The notes beneath the pieces were generated by a model, which worked only from the letters and a program-made list of their open reading frames with translations, was not told where the DNA came from and made no database searches. Shown here piece after piece: positions 28,617 through 38,397 of a DNA stretch of 64,000 bases (positions within the stretch are counted from its first letter, which is position 1; each line of letters opens with the position of its first letter). The DNA is from a virus: positions 25,480-89,479 of IMG/VR virus record IMGVR_UViG_3300027631_002331. One strand, written 5' to 3'. The position numbers and the translations under genes are program-made.

Positions 28617-29325
28617 AAAACTATTAGCTAGTTTATTATTAATAAGTAGCTATACCTCAGCTCAAGTTATTGGTAAAACAAAGACTGAAGATTATCAGGC
28701 GGGATTTGAGAAACAAACCTCAATATTCTCAATCCCCGAGTACAATGGTGATCCCATACCCGTTGCTTTACTTAATATAGGTGTAACAGAAGACGTATTA
28801 CAACAATATCCTGAACTCAAAGATAATAGAGTGGGCTTAGGTCTAACTAATATCACTGTAGCGTTTTTAGATGAAACATGGAGATTCGAGTTTGTAGAGA
28901 CTAGAGATGCTATTAAAGATCGTATGGTAAAACAATACGAAGCATCACAAAAAGGATTTACAGCTAATCAGACAGATATAATGGGTAAGATTACTCTTGC
29001 CAAATACTTCATTTATGTAGAAGTATATGACTATTCTGTATCTGAAGATGAAACAGTAAACTTAAAAGACGGAGTAAAAAATACTCTTGTCACTCGATTA
29101 GGTTTACAAATAAGAGCAGTAGATGCTGAAACAGGACTTTATATGACAGGTTCTGGATTAGGTAAAGCTGTGACTACAAGAGAACTTACCCTATCAAACT
29201 CAGACAACTTAGACGAAGTAAAGTTTAACGGCTCTTCTATTGGTGTAACTACTAGAAAGGCTTTAGAAACTGCTGTAGCTAAGATTGTTAAAAGGATGAT
29301 ACGTAAGGGTATATTTGACCATTAA
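28609..29325 (+). CDS. CsgG/FlgT-like outer-membrane assembly protein
   Basis: Signal peptide; G.GLTNI...L....RFEFVE.R, AKYFIY.EVYD, LQIRAVDAETG, GSG.GKA, RKALETAV.KIV pattern of the CsgG family. Confidence 0.7.
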   Translation: MVKKLLASLLLISSYTSAQVIGKTKTEDYQAGFEKQTSIFSIPEYNGDPIPVALLNIGVTEDVLQQYPELKDNRVGLGLTNITVAFLDETWRFEFVETRDAIKDRMVKQYEASQKGFTANQTDIMGKITLAKYFIYVEVYDYSVSEDETVNLKDGVKNTLVTRLGLQIRAVDAETGLYMTGSGLGKAVTTRELTLSNSDNLDEVKFNGSSIGVTTRKALETAVAKIVKRMIRKGIFDH

Positions 29326-29331
29326 TGGGTT

Positions 29332-31011
29332 ATGAAAAAGTTACTACTAGTTTTATTTTTTACTGCGATGGGGATGTTCGAGGGTCATTCACAGGCCCTC
29401 GTCCAAACCTATATCGATAGATGTACAGGACAAGTAAGTGTCTTTAGTGTGTCTATGGGCGGTAATACTATAGTAGCTTTTTATAATCGTTCTAGATCAT
29501 TTACCTCTCAAGATTTTCAAAACGGAACTCTTCAATCTTGGTTAGAAGAAACATATTTATGGTGGACAAGTTTAAGTCCTTGCTCAACAACAACAACAGG
29601 AGCACAGACAACCCAACAAACTACTCAACAAACCACGCAGCAAGCAGCTAATGCAGCAGCATCAGCAGCTTCACAAGCAGCGGCAAATCCAACTACAAAT
29701 GTACCGACAACTACACCACCTACAACGACAACTGCACCTACGACTACAACTCCTAATACTTCTAATGCAAATACAACTTCTCCAAATACAACTAGTACTG
29801 GAGCGGATACAAGTAGCCAAGGAAATAGTTCGACAGGAACCTCAGGATCTACAGATAGCACGGGAAGCAGCCAAAGCAGTAACAATAGCTCTGAATCAAC
29901 GTCTTCAGCAGAAACAACATCTACAGAAACAAATAACGAATCTTCTACCTCCGAAGCACAAGACACTGAATCAGGAACTTCAGGAGATGAAGGAGGAACA
30001 GAAGAATCTACAGAAGTAGAATCAACTACAGAAGAAAGTACCGAAGAGACAACTACAGAAGAAAGTACCGAAGAGTCAACAGAAGAATCAACCGAAGAAT
30101 CTACTGAAGAAGAATCTACAGAGGAAAGTACTGAAGAAGAATCGACAGAAGAGGAATCTAAAGAAGAGTCAGATGAAGAAACAGAAGACAAGGAGTCAGA
30201 AGAAGACACAGAAGAGGAGAGAGATGAAGAAGAGTCTAAATCCGACGAAGATGAAGAAACTGAGGAAGAAGACACAGAAGAGGAAAGCAACGACAAAGAT
30301 AAAAAGAAGGATAAAAAGAAAAAAAAGAAAAAACGAAGTCTTGCTCCTCCTATCGTTACAGCCAATGCAATGTCACAACAACTCCCAACTGGTGAGTTTC
30401 AACAAGCAGTTACCTTTGGTATAAGTAGATCTTCCTTAATGGGTACTGAAACCTATGGTTTAAATGCTATGGTTTATGATAACTTACAACAATATATGTT
30501 AAGTGCTAGTTTTTCTAAAGTACACATAAATAAAAAAGGTAGAGTAAATAGAGTATATTCAGCATCATTGGGTGGTATGAAGATGTATTCAACTTATATG
30601 GCTATGATGAATCATAGTGTAACTTTTCTAGGTGAAAAAGGATCAGTAGCAGGTATAGCATTTGGAACTAGTTTAACTAGTAATGAAGTAGATGTAATAG
30701 ATGGTTACATAAGTTTTGACAACCAACTACTAGGATTATCACTAACAGGATTTTATACTAAGTCAATACAGGCAACAGGTAAACTATCTATTAGTCCTAT
30801 GTTGGCTATATCATCTCCTTTTATGATGTTTGATATGCTCGAACATACTACTATGTGGAATAGTGATCTTATGATTATAGGTGGATCTAGTTTTAGTTAT
30901 AAACTAACACAAAGATTTGGTCTTAATCTAGGAGCAAACGTAATAGAATCAACGGCAGAAAACTTTCCTACTATGCTTGCTTTTACAATAGGTGGTAGGC
31001 TAAGTTTTTAA
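29332..31011 (+). CDS. Secreted protein with Thr/Ser- and Glu-rich stalk and probable C-terminal beta-barrel
   Basis: Signal peptide, two-Cys N-domain, low-complexity linker, poly-Lys, amphipathic beta strands ending in GGRLSF. Confidence 0.7.
   Translation: MKKLLLVLFFTAMGMFEGHSQALVQTYIDRCTGQVSVFSVSMGGNTIVAFYNRSRSFTSQDFQNGTLQSWLEETYLWWTSLSPCSTTTTGAQTTQQTTQQTTQQAANAAASAASQAAANPTTNVPTTTPPTTTTAPTTTTPNTSNANTTSPNTTSTGADTSSQGNSSTGTSGSTDSTGSSQSSNNSSESTSSAETTSTETNNESSTSEAQDTESGTSGDEGGTEESTEVESTTEESTEETTTEESTEESTEESTEESTEEESTEESTEEESTEEESKEESDEETEDKESEEDTEEERDEEESKSDEDEETEEEDTEEESNDKDKKKDKKKKKKKRSLAPPIVTANAMSQQLPTGEFQQAVTFGISRSSLMGTETYGLNAMVYDNLQQYMLSASFSKVHINKKGRVNRVYSASLGGMKMYSTYMAMMNHSVTFLGEKGSVAGIAFGTSLTSNEVDVIDGYISFDNQLLGLSLTGFYTKSIQATGKLSISPMLAISSPFMMFDMLEHTTMWNSDLMIIGGSSFSYKLTQRFGLNLGANVIESTAENFPTMLAFTIGGRLSF
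29995..30290 (+). repeat. Degenerate tandem repeat encoding (T/S)EE(E)ST units
   Basis: Repeated GAAGAATCTACA/GAAGAAAGTACC-type 12-15 nt units. Confidence 0.85.
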
Positions 31012-31034
31012 CATATTTATAACAAAATAAAAAA

Positions 31035-31343
31035 ATGGACGCAAAATCAAACGCACATAGAAATAGATTTGTAATCACAACGGTTATACTAGCTACTTTT
31101 TTCCTTATTATGATGGGGATAGGAGCTGCTATATTAGGTGATGGTGATACACCCGCTATTCAACAAGAATGGAAAGAAGTATTATTATTAGTATTAGGAG
31201 CATTTTTGGGTTCTTATTCTAGAGTAGTAGATTTTTGGTTTAATGGAAATGATACTAACATAGATGGTAGACCAGATCACACACCACCAGCAGAACCATG
31301 TGATTGTGATGAACCGGACGATGAACTAGATAACCTATACTAA
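31035..31343 (+). CDS. Holin-like two-TM protein
   Basis: Two TM helices, LGAFLGSYSRVVDFWF; directly upstream of the amidase; late motif at 31014. Confidence 0.55.
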   Translation: MDAKSNAHRNRFVITTVILATFFLIMMGIGAAILGDGDTPAIQQEWKEVLLLVLGAFLGSYSRVVDFWFNGNDTNIDGRPDHTPPAEPCDCDEPDDELDNLY

Positions 31344-31344
31344 T

Positions 31345-31833
31345 ATGGCTATTAAACCTAAAGGAATTATATTACATTCTATGTCTGAATACTTAATGTG
31401 GAAGGGCAAAAAATTATACGCTAAAGATTTTCTTAAGGAATTAGGTTTATCAGTACATGGTTTCATCAAACCTGATGGTACCTATGATAAAATGATACCA
31501 TCACCTGGTAAAGCATTCCATGCTGGGAAATCATTACATGAAGGTGTATCTGGTTTAAATTCTCACTACTTAGGAGTAGAATTATTAGTTGAAGGTGTTA
31601 ACGATTATGGATCGTTTAGTAAAAAAATAAATCAAAGAGGAACATACACCCAAGCACAATTTGACACCACAGTAGAAGTATTTAAATATTGGATGAAACA
31701 ATTTAATATACCAGTATCTAAAGTGGTAAGACATTCAGATGTTTCAGGTGATCATGTAAGAGGTAAAAATAAAGGTAAAACAGACCCAGGATCAGCATTT
31801 GATTGGGATGCATTTAAATCATCTTTATCATAA
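31345..31833 (+). CDS. N-acetylmuramoyl-L-alanine amidase (Amidase_2), putative endolysin
   Basis: IILHS, SVH, AFHAG, N..YLGVEL, VVRHSDV, KTDPG..FDW. Confidence 0.9.
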   Translation: MAIKPKGIILHSMSEYLMWKGKKLYAKDFLKELGLSVHGFIKPDGTYDKMIPSPGKAFHAGKSLHEGVSGLNSHYLGVELLVEGVNDYGSFSKKINQRGTYTQAQFDTTVEVFKYWMKQFNIPVSKVVRHSDVSGDHVRGKNKGKTDPGSAFDWDAFKSSLS

Positions 31834-31892
31834 GTAGGTTGTTTTTTTGATTTAGTTTTATTATATTAGGACGTAATTAATACAACAATACA

Positions 31893-33122
31893 ATGGAAAT
31901 ATTATCTAATCTAAAAAAGGGACTTTTCCCCTTTATAATAGCATTTACAGCGTTATCGGTTAGTTCATCTGCAGCATTTTATTCAGTAAGTGGACTATCT
32001 AAGTTATTTGCTGGTGCCTCTTTTGAGGTTATAGTAATGGCAGGTTCATTAGAGGTAGCTAAGTTAGTTATAGCATCATTACTATACCAATATTGGAGTA
32101 CTATCAATAAGGGTTTACGCGTATATCTCACTGTAGCAACGTTTATTCTAGTGTTAATTACTAGTATGGGGATATATGGTTTCCTTAGTGCGGCATACCA
32201 GGATACATACAGACAACTCACAATTAAAAATAATCAAACAGCTTTCTTAACTCAAAAGAAAGATTTTTATAATAAAGACGTTATACGCTATGATGAAGAA
32301 CTTGAAAGAATATCTGGTAATATTAGTACTTTATCTAATGCGAAAGCGTCCTCGATTCAAGTACGAGACACGACATCATCTACAGGCTTTCGACAAACAA
32401 TTAGTACTACCGAACTTAGACTATCCCAAAAGCGTATTGACGTTGAAGAAAATAATAGGAAAGCTGTTCAAGCGAAACGAGAACAAGTAGCTGATAGTTT
32501 ACAAAAGTATCAACTAGCTATATTAGAGTTAGAAAACAATACAGACGTAGCAGGTGAGTTAGGACCTTTAGAATATTTATCCAAACTTACAAATACATCT
32601 ATGGATAAAATAATTAACTATTTACTTTTAGTTATTATATTTGTATTTGACCCCTTAGCAATATCCTTAGTAATTGCTGCTAACTTTGCCTTTGAACAAG
32701 CCTACCCTAAAAAGAAGGAAGAAGAAATAGAAGAAGTTGAAGAGACTGAAGAAGTTAAAGATGAAGAGGAGAAAATAGAAGATATAGAAGTCGAACATGA
32801 GATAATCACACCATCAGATTTATCTGAAGAAGAACGTTTAAAACTATTCGCAATATATGGTGAAAGTGGTTCGTTTGATATAGATGAAGAGGATTGGGAA
32901 ATAGAATCAGAAACATCTGAAAGTTTTGAAGACGAGACTACAAACATAATCAAAACAAAAAAAGACGAATTAGTAGATCAACTCTCAAACTTAGAAACTT
33001 ATCTAAATAGAGAAAGAATAGGTGGTATAAACCAAACACTAGAACGTAACCTAAAAAAAGAAATCTCCATACTAAAATCTCAGATAGATGGTGAAGACGA
33101 TGACACGACCATCATATATTAG
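31893..33122 (+). CDS. Membrane protein with coiled coil and acidic tail
   Basis: Three N-terminal TMs (SAAFYSVSGL, LEVAKLV, TSMGIYGFLS), coiled coil, ELGPL.Y, IIFVFDPLAI TM. Confidence 0.75.
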   Translation: MEILSNLKKGLFPFIIAFTALSVSSSAAFYSVSGLSKLFAGASFEVIVMAGSLEVAKLVIASLLYQYWSTINKGLRVYLTVATFILVLITSMGIYGFLSAAYQDTYRQLTIKNNQTAFLTQKKDFYNKDVIRYDEELERISGNISTLSNAKASSIQVRDTTSSTGFRQTISTTELRLSQKRIDVEENNRKAVQAKREQVADSLQKYQLAILELENNTDVAGELGPLEYLSKLTNTSMDKIINYLLLVIIFVFDPLAISLVIAANFAFEQAYPKKKEEEIEEVEETEEVKDEEEKIEDIEVEHEIITPSDLSEEERLKLFAIYGESGSFDIDEEDWEIESETSESFEDETTNIIKTKKDELVDQLSNLETYLNRERIGGINQTLERNLKKEISILKSQIDGEDDDTTIIY

Positions 33123-33160
33123 GTTGGAATCCCCAAATAAAGGTCGTATATTGATGTCAT

Positions 33161-33682
33161 ATGAGACAAATATTTCATCCATCACTAAGTAGAAAACAAC
33201 TACAAACACACTTTGACAAACTCCAGAAACTGAACTATAACGCGTTTCGTTGGTGGAGGATGTATGAGTCCAAAAACAAACCCTTAGATAATCGTAAACC
33301 ACTGCGTGAACGTATTATGAACGGTGATTTTGAGTTTTCACACTATTACCTACAAGCACTATGGGTTGAACATGATATCAACGATTTACAAATAGAGTGT
33401 AAAGATGATAGTGGGGTATTTGTAGAAAGAGGTGCTGTAATGAGAGCACGTCGTAAACGTTTATACGAAGATTATGAGCGTGATGAGAAAGAAAAACTAA
33501 GAGAACTTAAAAAATGTTTACATCAATCATTTAAAATAACTAAACCACAATTAGAGGAAGTTATGGAGGAATTTGGAGGCACAACACTAGAGTTGTATTT
33601 TCACCTCGATGATAATTACAAAATCATAAATCAAATATCACCATTATTAAGAAAACGTCGTGGACGACCAAAAAAGTTATGA
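33161..33682 (+). CDS. Hypothetical protein with C-terminal AT-hook-like RRGRPKK
   Basis: Preceded by promoter TTG 33124-N20-TATATT 33147. Confidence 0.65.
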   Translation: MRQIFHPSLSRKQLQTHFDKLQKLNYNAFRWWRMYESKNKPLDNRKPLRERIMNGDFEFSHYYLQALWVEHDINDLQIECKDDSGVFVERGAVMRARRKRLYEDYERDEKEKLRELKKCLHQSFKITKPQLEEVMEEFGGTTLELYFHLDDNYKIINQISPLLRKRRGRPKKL

Positions 33683-34902
33683 GTATATTTTCAAAACCAA
33701 CACCCCCACCAACAGAAAAAATCAACGAAAAGAGATTCGCTGATGTTGAACTATCAATATCAAAACGATACTCTGCGTTAGAGAAGAAAATCGATAACCT
33801 ATTTGATGGGTTGAGTAATCGACTATCTAAGTTTGATGAACAAGTAAATATCGTACTAAAACGAACTTATGAACTAGAACGTAAAGTTGAAGGGCAACTT
33901 ATAGATGTAGAAAACACATCTAAAAAACAACTACACCATCAACTAGATAAGATGGATCAGTTTGAAAAAAGAATATCTGAAAGTTATATAACAACCAAAG
34001 AACACAGAGATATCTCAGATGATATTGCTGGTACTATACGTAGTGTTAAAACAGAGATGAGTGGTATTAGTGATGAAACTAAACGTATTGAAAAATCAAT
34101 ACCTAAAGATACAGCAAGTACAACCTCCATATCTAAAATAAAAGCAGAACTAGATGTTAAAATAACAAAACTAGCAAATGCCCTACCTAAAAATACAGTT
34201 AGTGGGGATACGTTAACAAGTGTAAGACAAGAGTTAATAAACCAAATGCAAACATATGCTACAACAGAAGCATTAAAGGCAGTATCTGATATAACTAAAA
34301 AACTATCATCAGATAATATCGAATCAAATAAATCAATACTAAAATCAGTTACTAAACATCAACGAGATTTAAATAAACAAGGTGAAATAGTTAAAAATAT
34401 TCAAAATGATTATTTAGATAGTAAATACGATAAGGTAGTTGATAATAAGGTATTAAAAAGTGTTAATGAATTATTACAATTAATAAAGGATACTAATAAA
34501 TCAATCCCTACAGATATAGTTTCTGGGAATGAGTTTAAATCGTTACTAGAAAAACAAAAACAACTAAATACTTTAGTAGATAAAAATAAAATACTATCAT
34601 CAGAATCTCTAAATACTGTTGATAAATCTATAACAGGTAAAGTTAATAAATCAGTGAGTAAAGTAAATAAGGAGATTCAATTACTTAAGAAAACTATTAT
34701 TGAACTTCAACTAGGATCAGACACTTCAGGTTTAAAACTTATGGTTAGAGAGTTAGTAGATGATGTAATAAAGGATATTAAAAATACTAACGATTTCGCT
34801 TTAGAAAACTTCAAAGTAGAAAACGTTGATCGTAAAAAAGAAATAAAAAAGATTAATAAAGATATTAATCAAATAATAACAATTATCCAAAGAAAAAAAT
34901 GA
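33679..34902 (+). CDS. Coiled-coil protein
   Basis: 407 aa, K/E/L/I-rich heptads; weak internal repeats (KSIPKD, NALPKN, KSIPTD). Confidence 0.65.
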   Translation: MSIFSKPTPPPTEKINEKRFADVELSISKRYSALEKKIDNLFDGLSNRLSKFDEQVNIVLKRTYELERKVEGQLIDVENTSKKQLHHQLDKMDQFEKRISESYITTKEHRDISDDIAGTIRSVKTEMSGISDETKRIEKSIPKDTASTTSISKIKAELDVKITKLANALPKNTVSGDTLTSVRQELINQMQTYATTEALKAVSDITKKLSSDNIESNKSILKSVTKHQRDLNKQGEIVKNIQNDYLDSKYDKVVDNKVLKSVNELLQLIKDTNKSIPTDIVSGNEFKSLLEKQKQLNTLVDKNKILSSESLNTVDKSITGKVNKSVSKVNKEIQLLKKTIIELQLGSDTSGLKLMVRELVDDVIKDIKNTNDFALENFKVENVDRKKEIKKINKDINQIITIIQRKK

Positions 34903-35690
34903 TAGTATCGCATGAAGTACCTAGATGTTTATTAACAGCATCTCCTGAGTTTAATGATTACGATTATCTTTTACCGCACTTGTTAGATCAGGATGAGGAG
35001 TATTTACAATACTTTAAAGATGCTAAAAAATCAGGTCGTTACATTATTATGGATAACTCACTTCATGAACTTGGAGAGGCATATGATCATGAACGTTTAA
35101 GATATTGGATTAACGAAATAGAACCAGATGAGTTTATAGTACCTGATGTATGGATGGATTGTCATAAAACAGCAGCACAAGCCAAATATTGGAGACAGTT
35201 TACATATCCTGAAAATACAAAAATCACAGCCGTTATTCAAGGTAGTAATAAAAACGAAGCATACTTATGTGCTAATTTATTACAAAACCTTGGTTATGAA
35301 AAACTATGTGTATCCTACGGTGCAACTTGGTATAACGATTTCTTCCCACACACCAACCCAGATATGGGTAAGGCGTTGGGTAGAGTAAGATTTGTACAAG
35401 GGTTATTAAATTTAAAATCATTATATAACGTTAAATACCATTTATTAGGATGTTCCATACCCCAGGAGTTTGGTTGGTATGATAATCATCCTAAAATCGA
35501 ATCTATAGATACATCTAACCCTATTATGGCTGCTTTAGATGGTACTAGATATACTGAACAAGGTTTAACTACTAAACCTAAAGCAAATATGAATGATAAC
35601 TTTGAAATAGATTTTAAGGATGTTGATTATGAAACTATATTATATAATACAATACTTTTTAGAGAAATAAATGGAATAAAAAAACAATAA
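34899..35690 (+). CDS. TGT-fold protein, DpdA-like 7-deazaguanine transglycosylase
   Basis: IIMDNS, IVPDV, AVIQG, YHLLG, SIDTS resemble TGT motifs; close to queC and queD. Confidence 0.68.
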   Translation: MIVSHEVPRCLLTASPEFNDYDYLLPHLLDQDEEYLQYFKDAKKSGRYIIMDNSLHELGEAYDHERLRYWINEIEPDEFIVPDVWMDCHKTAAQAKYWRQFTYPENTKITAVIQGSNKNEAYLCANLLQNLGYEKLCVSYGATWYNDFFPHTNPDMGKALGRVRFVQGLLNLKSLYNVKYHLLGCSIPQEFGWYDNHPKIESIDTSNPIMAALDGTRYTEQGLTTKPKANMNDNFEIDFKDVDYETILYNTILFREINGIKKQ

Positions 35691-35691
35691 T

Positions 35692-36147
35692 ATGAAAAAA
35701 ACAATTTTATTACTATTCATGATTATTATATCATGTGCAAACCCCAATATGCAAGAGGGTTTAGATAATCTAAGATCTCAACTTTCACAAATAAGTAATC
35801 AAATTAATACTATGAATTTAAATGAGTTAACCCAAAAAGTTAACGAGTTAAAGTCACTAATAGAAAATTTAGTCATAGAGGTAGATTCAGCTCAACCAAC
35901 TCTAAACACCCTACAAGAAACATTATCACTATTATTAATCAGAATCAACGAACTACCAACAGAAGAAGAAATCCAGGATGTTTTATCTACTATAGAGGAA
36001 ATACAATCAGGTATAGATGTTTTGGTAGCAAGAGCAGATTATGATATTGATGGAGTCATCAACGCAATAGATGAATGCCCCGATACTCCAATATCAGAAA
36101 TAAACGATGTTAACGAAGTAGGATGTTCACCTTCACAAATAGGGTAG
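35692..36147 (+). CDS. Coiled-coil lipoprotein with thrombospondin type-3-like Ca-binding tail
   Basis: Lipobox IISC; heptad coil; DYDIDGVINAIDECPDTP...GC. Confidence 0.7.
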   Translation: MKKTILLLFMIIISCANPNMQEGLDNLRSQLSQISNQINTMNLNELTQKVNELKSLIENLVIEVDSAQPTLNTLQETLSLLLIRINELPTEEEIQDVLSTIEEIQSGIDVLVARADYDIDGVINAIDECPDTPISEINDVNEVGCSPSQIG

Positions 36148-36150
36148 ATT

Positions 36151-36336
36151 ATGACAGAAATAATAAAACACACACTAGGACTTTGTGGTGAACATTTCCA
36201 CCCAAATATATGGACTCTCTTATTAGGAGGGGTTGGTTTATCAACTATCTCTTCGTATATTAGATTATATATAAAATGTAAAGTAAAACAAGCGTTAGCC
36301 TATACGCAAAATACCTGGCAACAAATAAATAAATAA
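36151..36336 (+). CDS. Small membrane protein
   Basis: 61 aa, H.LG.CGE.HP motif plus a TM; contains a promoter for queC. Confidence 0.5.
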   Translation: MTEIIKHTLGLCGEHFHPNIWTLLLGGVGLSTISSYIRLYIKCKVKQALAYTQNTWQQINK

Positions 36337-36340
36337 AATC

Positions 36341-37150
36341 ATGGCAAAACATGTAGTAGTTTCATTAAGTGGGGGAATGGATAGTTCCACACTATTATTA
36401 AGAGCATTATCTGAATATGATACCGTAACAGGTATTTCATTTGATTATGGTCAAAAACACAGAGTTGAGTTAGAACGAGCTCAATCATTGATTGATTATC
36501 TAGCAGATAATGGTCATAAAGTTAACTATCGTCAAATACAACTAAATGGATTAGTTGATTTATTAGATTCAGCTTTAGTGGAAGGTGGAGATGACGTACC
36601 AGAAGGACATTATGAAAACGATAATATGAAGGAAACAGTTGTTCCTAATCGTAATAAAATGTTTGCTTCTATTACTCAAGCAGTTGCTCTATCAGTAGCT
36701 AATAAAACAGAAGAAACTTGTGATATAGCATTAGGTATTCATGCTGGTGATCACGCCGTTTACCCAGATTGTAGACAAGAGTTTAGAGATGCAGACGATG
36801 CTGCTTTTAGAGAAGGTAATTGGGATGCTGATAGAGTAGGGTATTTTACACCTTATTTAAAAACAGATAAATTAGGAATTTTAAAAGATGGACAAGAATT
36901 GGTTAATGAATTGGGAATTGAATTTGATGAAGTATACAAACGTACTAACACTTCTTATAAGCCCTATCCTAGCGGTAATAGCGACTACAAATCAGCTTCA
37001 TCTGTTGAAAGGATTGAAGCATTTATCGAACTTAATCGTCCTGACCCAGTACAATATGAAGATGAAAGTGGACCAGTCGATTATAGCGTTGCGAAGGCAC
37101 ATGTTCAAAGTGTATTAACTGATCACGTAGCAGTAAAAGGAGATTTATAA
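36341..37150 (+). CDS. queC: 7-cyano-7-deazaguanine synthase
   Basis: VVSLSGGMDSST, FDYGQKH..E, TVVPNRN, GIHAGD..YPDCR. Confidence 0.95.
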   Translation: MAKHVVVSLSGGMDSSTLLLRALSEYDTVTGISFDYGQKHRVELERAQSLIDYLADNGHKVNYRQIQLNGLVDLLDSALVEGGDDVPEGHYENDNMKETVVPNRNKMFASITQAVALSVANKTEETCDIALGIHAGDHAVYPDCRQEFRDADDAAFREGNWDADRVGYFTPYLKTDKLGILKDGQELVNELGIEFDEVYKRTNTSYKPYPSGNSDYKSASSVERIEAFIELNRPDPVQYEDESGPVDYSVAKAHVQSVLTDHVAVKGDL

Positions 37151-37151
37151 T

Positions 37152-37478
37152 ATGAAAAAACTATTTTTATTATTGACATTAGTATCTACTCTTGCCTTTG
37201 GGCAAGAGGAGGTACCTTTTAAAGTATTAGGTATTTGGAGTAATACAGAAGGTGAAACTTTAGTAATCCAAAGAGCTGAAGATTTAATAATATTTACTAG
37301 GAAAGATAAATACAAAATCCTAGCTCAAGGTCAGATTACCATGGTAAATGGTGACATGCATATTAACAGATATGATACAGAAGAAGAGTATAGATTAGGT
37401 TTATTTATTGGTAATGAAACAATGGTTATTAACAAACCCAATTCAATTAGTGCTTGGTTGTGGGTTAGAATTCAATAA
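37152..37478 (+). CDS. Secreted hypothetical beta-rich protein
   Basis: Signal peptide; LG.W.N.EGE (lipocalin-like start). Confidence 0.6.
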   Translation: MKKLFLLLTLVSTLAFGQEEVPFKVLGIWSNTEGETLVIQRAEDLIIFTRKDKYKILAQGQITMVNGDMHINRYDTEEEYRLGLFIGNETMVINKPNSISAWLWVRIQ

Positions 37479-37481
37479 GAT

Positions 37482-37646
37482 ATGAGTAAACAACAACTAC
37501 CAGATGCTAGAAAGCATCAAATAATTAGTTTTATTAAATCAGGAGTTAGAATATTGGGGTATGTTTTTTTACCAATAAATTTGTATACCGCAACTATTAT
37601 TCTTATCTTATCTGAAGTAATAGGTATATTTGAAGAATTAGTTTAA
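37482..37646 (+). CDS. Small membrane protein (54 aa, not in ORF track)
   Basis: MSKQQLPDARKHQIISFIKSGVRILGYVFLPINLYTATIILILSEVIGIFEELV*. Confidence 0.6.
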   Translation: MSKQQLPDARKHQIISFIKSGVRILGYVFLPINLYTATIILILSEVIGIFEELV

Positions 37647-37659
37647 TTAAAATAAAAAT

Positions 37660-37905
37660 ATGAAAGAAATACTTTACTTTTCAGCCCCGTGGTGTGGGCC
37701 CTGTAAACAATTAGGACCGATTATGGAATCTTTATCAGGTCAAATCAACTATAGAAAAATCAACGTAGATAACGACACAGAACTATCTACTAAATATGGT
37801 GTTAGAAATATCCCCACTTTAGTTCTTTTAGAAAATGGAGAAGCAGTTAATAGAACGACAGGATTACAATCAAAACAACAAATTTTAAACTTTTACAATG
37901 GGTAA
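37660..37905 (+). CDS. trxA: Thioredoxin
   Basis: WCGPCK active site; YGVRNIPTL. Confidence 0.93.
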   Translation: MKEILYFSAPWCGPCKQLGPIMESLSGQINYRKINVDNDTELSTKYGVRNIPTLVLLENGEAVNRTTGLQSKQQILNFYNG

Positions 37906-38362
37906 ATTTACATCAACAAAAGTATACGATGGGTTTTCAACTGTATTTCGTCAATGGAAAGCAGAAACAACTCACTGTCGATTTGTACATGGTTATGGAG
38001 TATCTTTTAAAGTATGGTTTGAAGGAGAATTAGATGATAGAAATTGGGTTTGGGATTTTGGATCAGCAAAACGATCTAAAACCCTAATCGATGGTAAAAC
38101 ACCTAAAGAGTGGATGTCATATATGTTTGATCATACTATGATTATAGCTGAAGATGATCCCTACAGACAAGCGTTTGAACAGATGGGAACTGCTGAAGTA
38201 GCCCAAGTTAGAATACTACCAGCAGTTGGAGCAGAAAAGTTTGCTGAATACGTTTATGAAAAACTAAATGGTTGGGTAGTAGAGGAAAGTGAAGGTAGAG
38301 TTAAAGTAGCTCAAGTAGAGTTTAGAGAGCACGAAAAGAATAACGCTTCATACCGCCCATAA
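37898..38362 (+). CDS. queD: 6-carboxy-5,6,7,8-tetrahydropterin synthase
   Basis: HCRFVHGY, WVWDFG, FDH, AEKFA, EHEKN. Confidence 0.9.
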   Translation: MGKFTSTKVYDGFSTVFRQWKAETTHCRFVHGYGVSFKVWFEGELDDRNWVWDFGSAKRSKTLIDGKTPKEWMSYMFDHTMIIAEDDPYRQAFEQMGTAEVAQVRILPAVGAEKFAEYVYEKLNGWVVEESEGRVKVAQVEFREHEKNNASYRP

Positions 38363-38397
38363 TATTTATAACCATACATAAACTTAAATAAAAATAA

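Noticed and set aside
29625-30424. Long antisense ORF 29625..30365 and alternative-frame ORFs 29651..30019 and 30173..30424
   Set aside because: Shadows of the low-complexity Thr/Glu repeat in the 29332 gene, which lacks stops in other frames.
20593-31011. Host chromosomal contamination explaining the TBDR/CsgG region
   Set aside because: Same strand, tight packing, similar composition and the same TAT(G/T)TAT upstream motif as flanking phage genes; read-level confirmation is still advisable.
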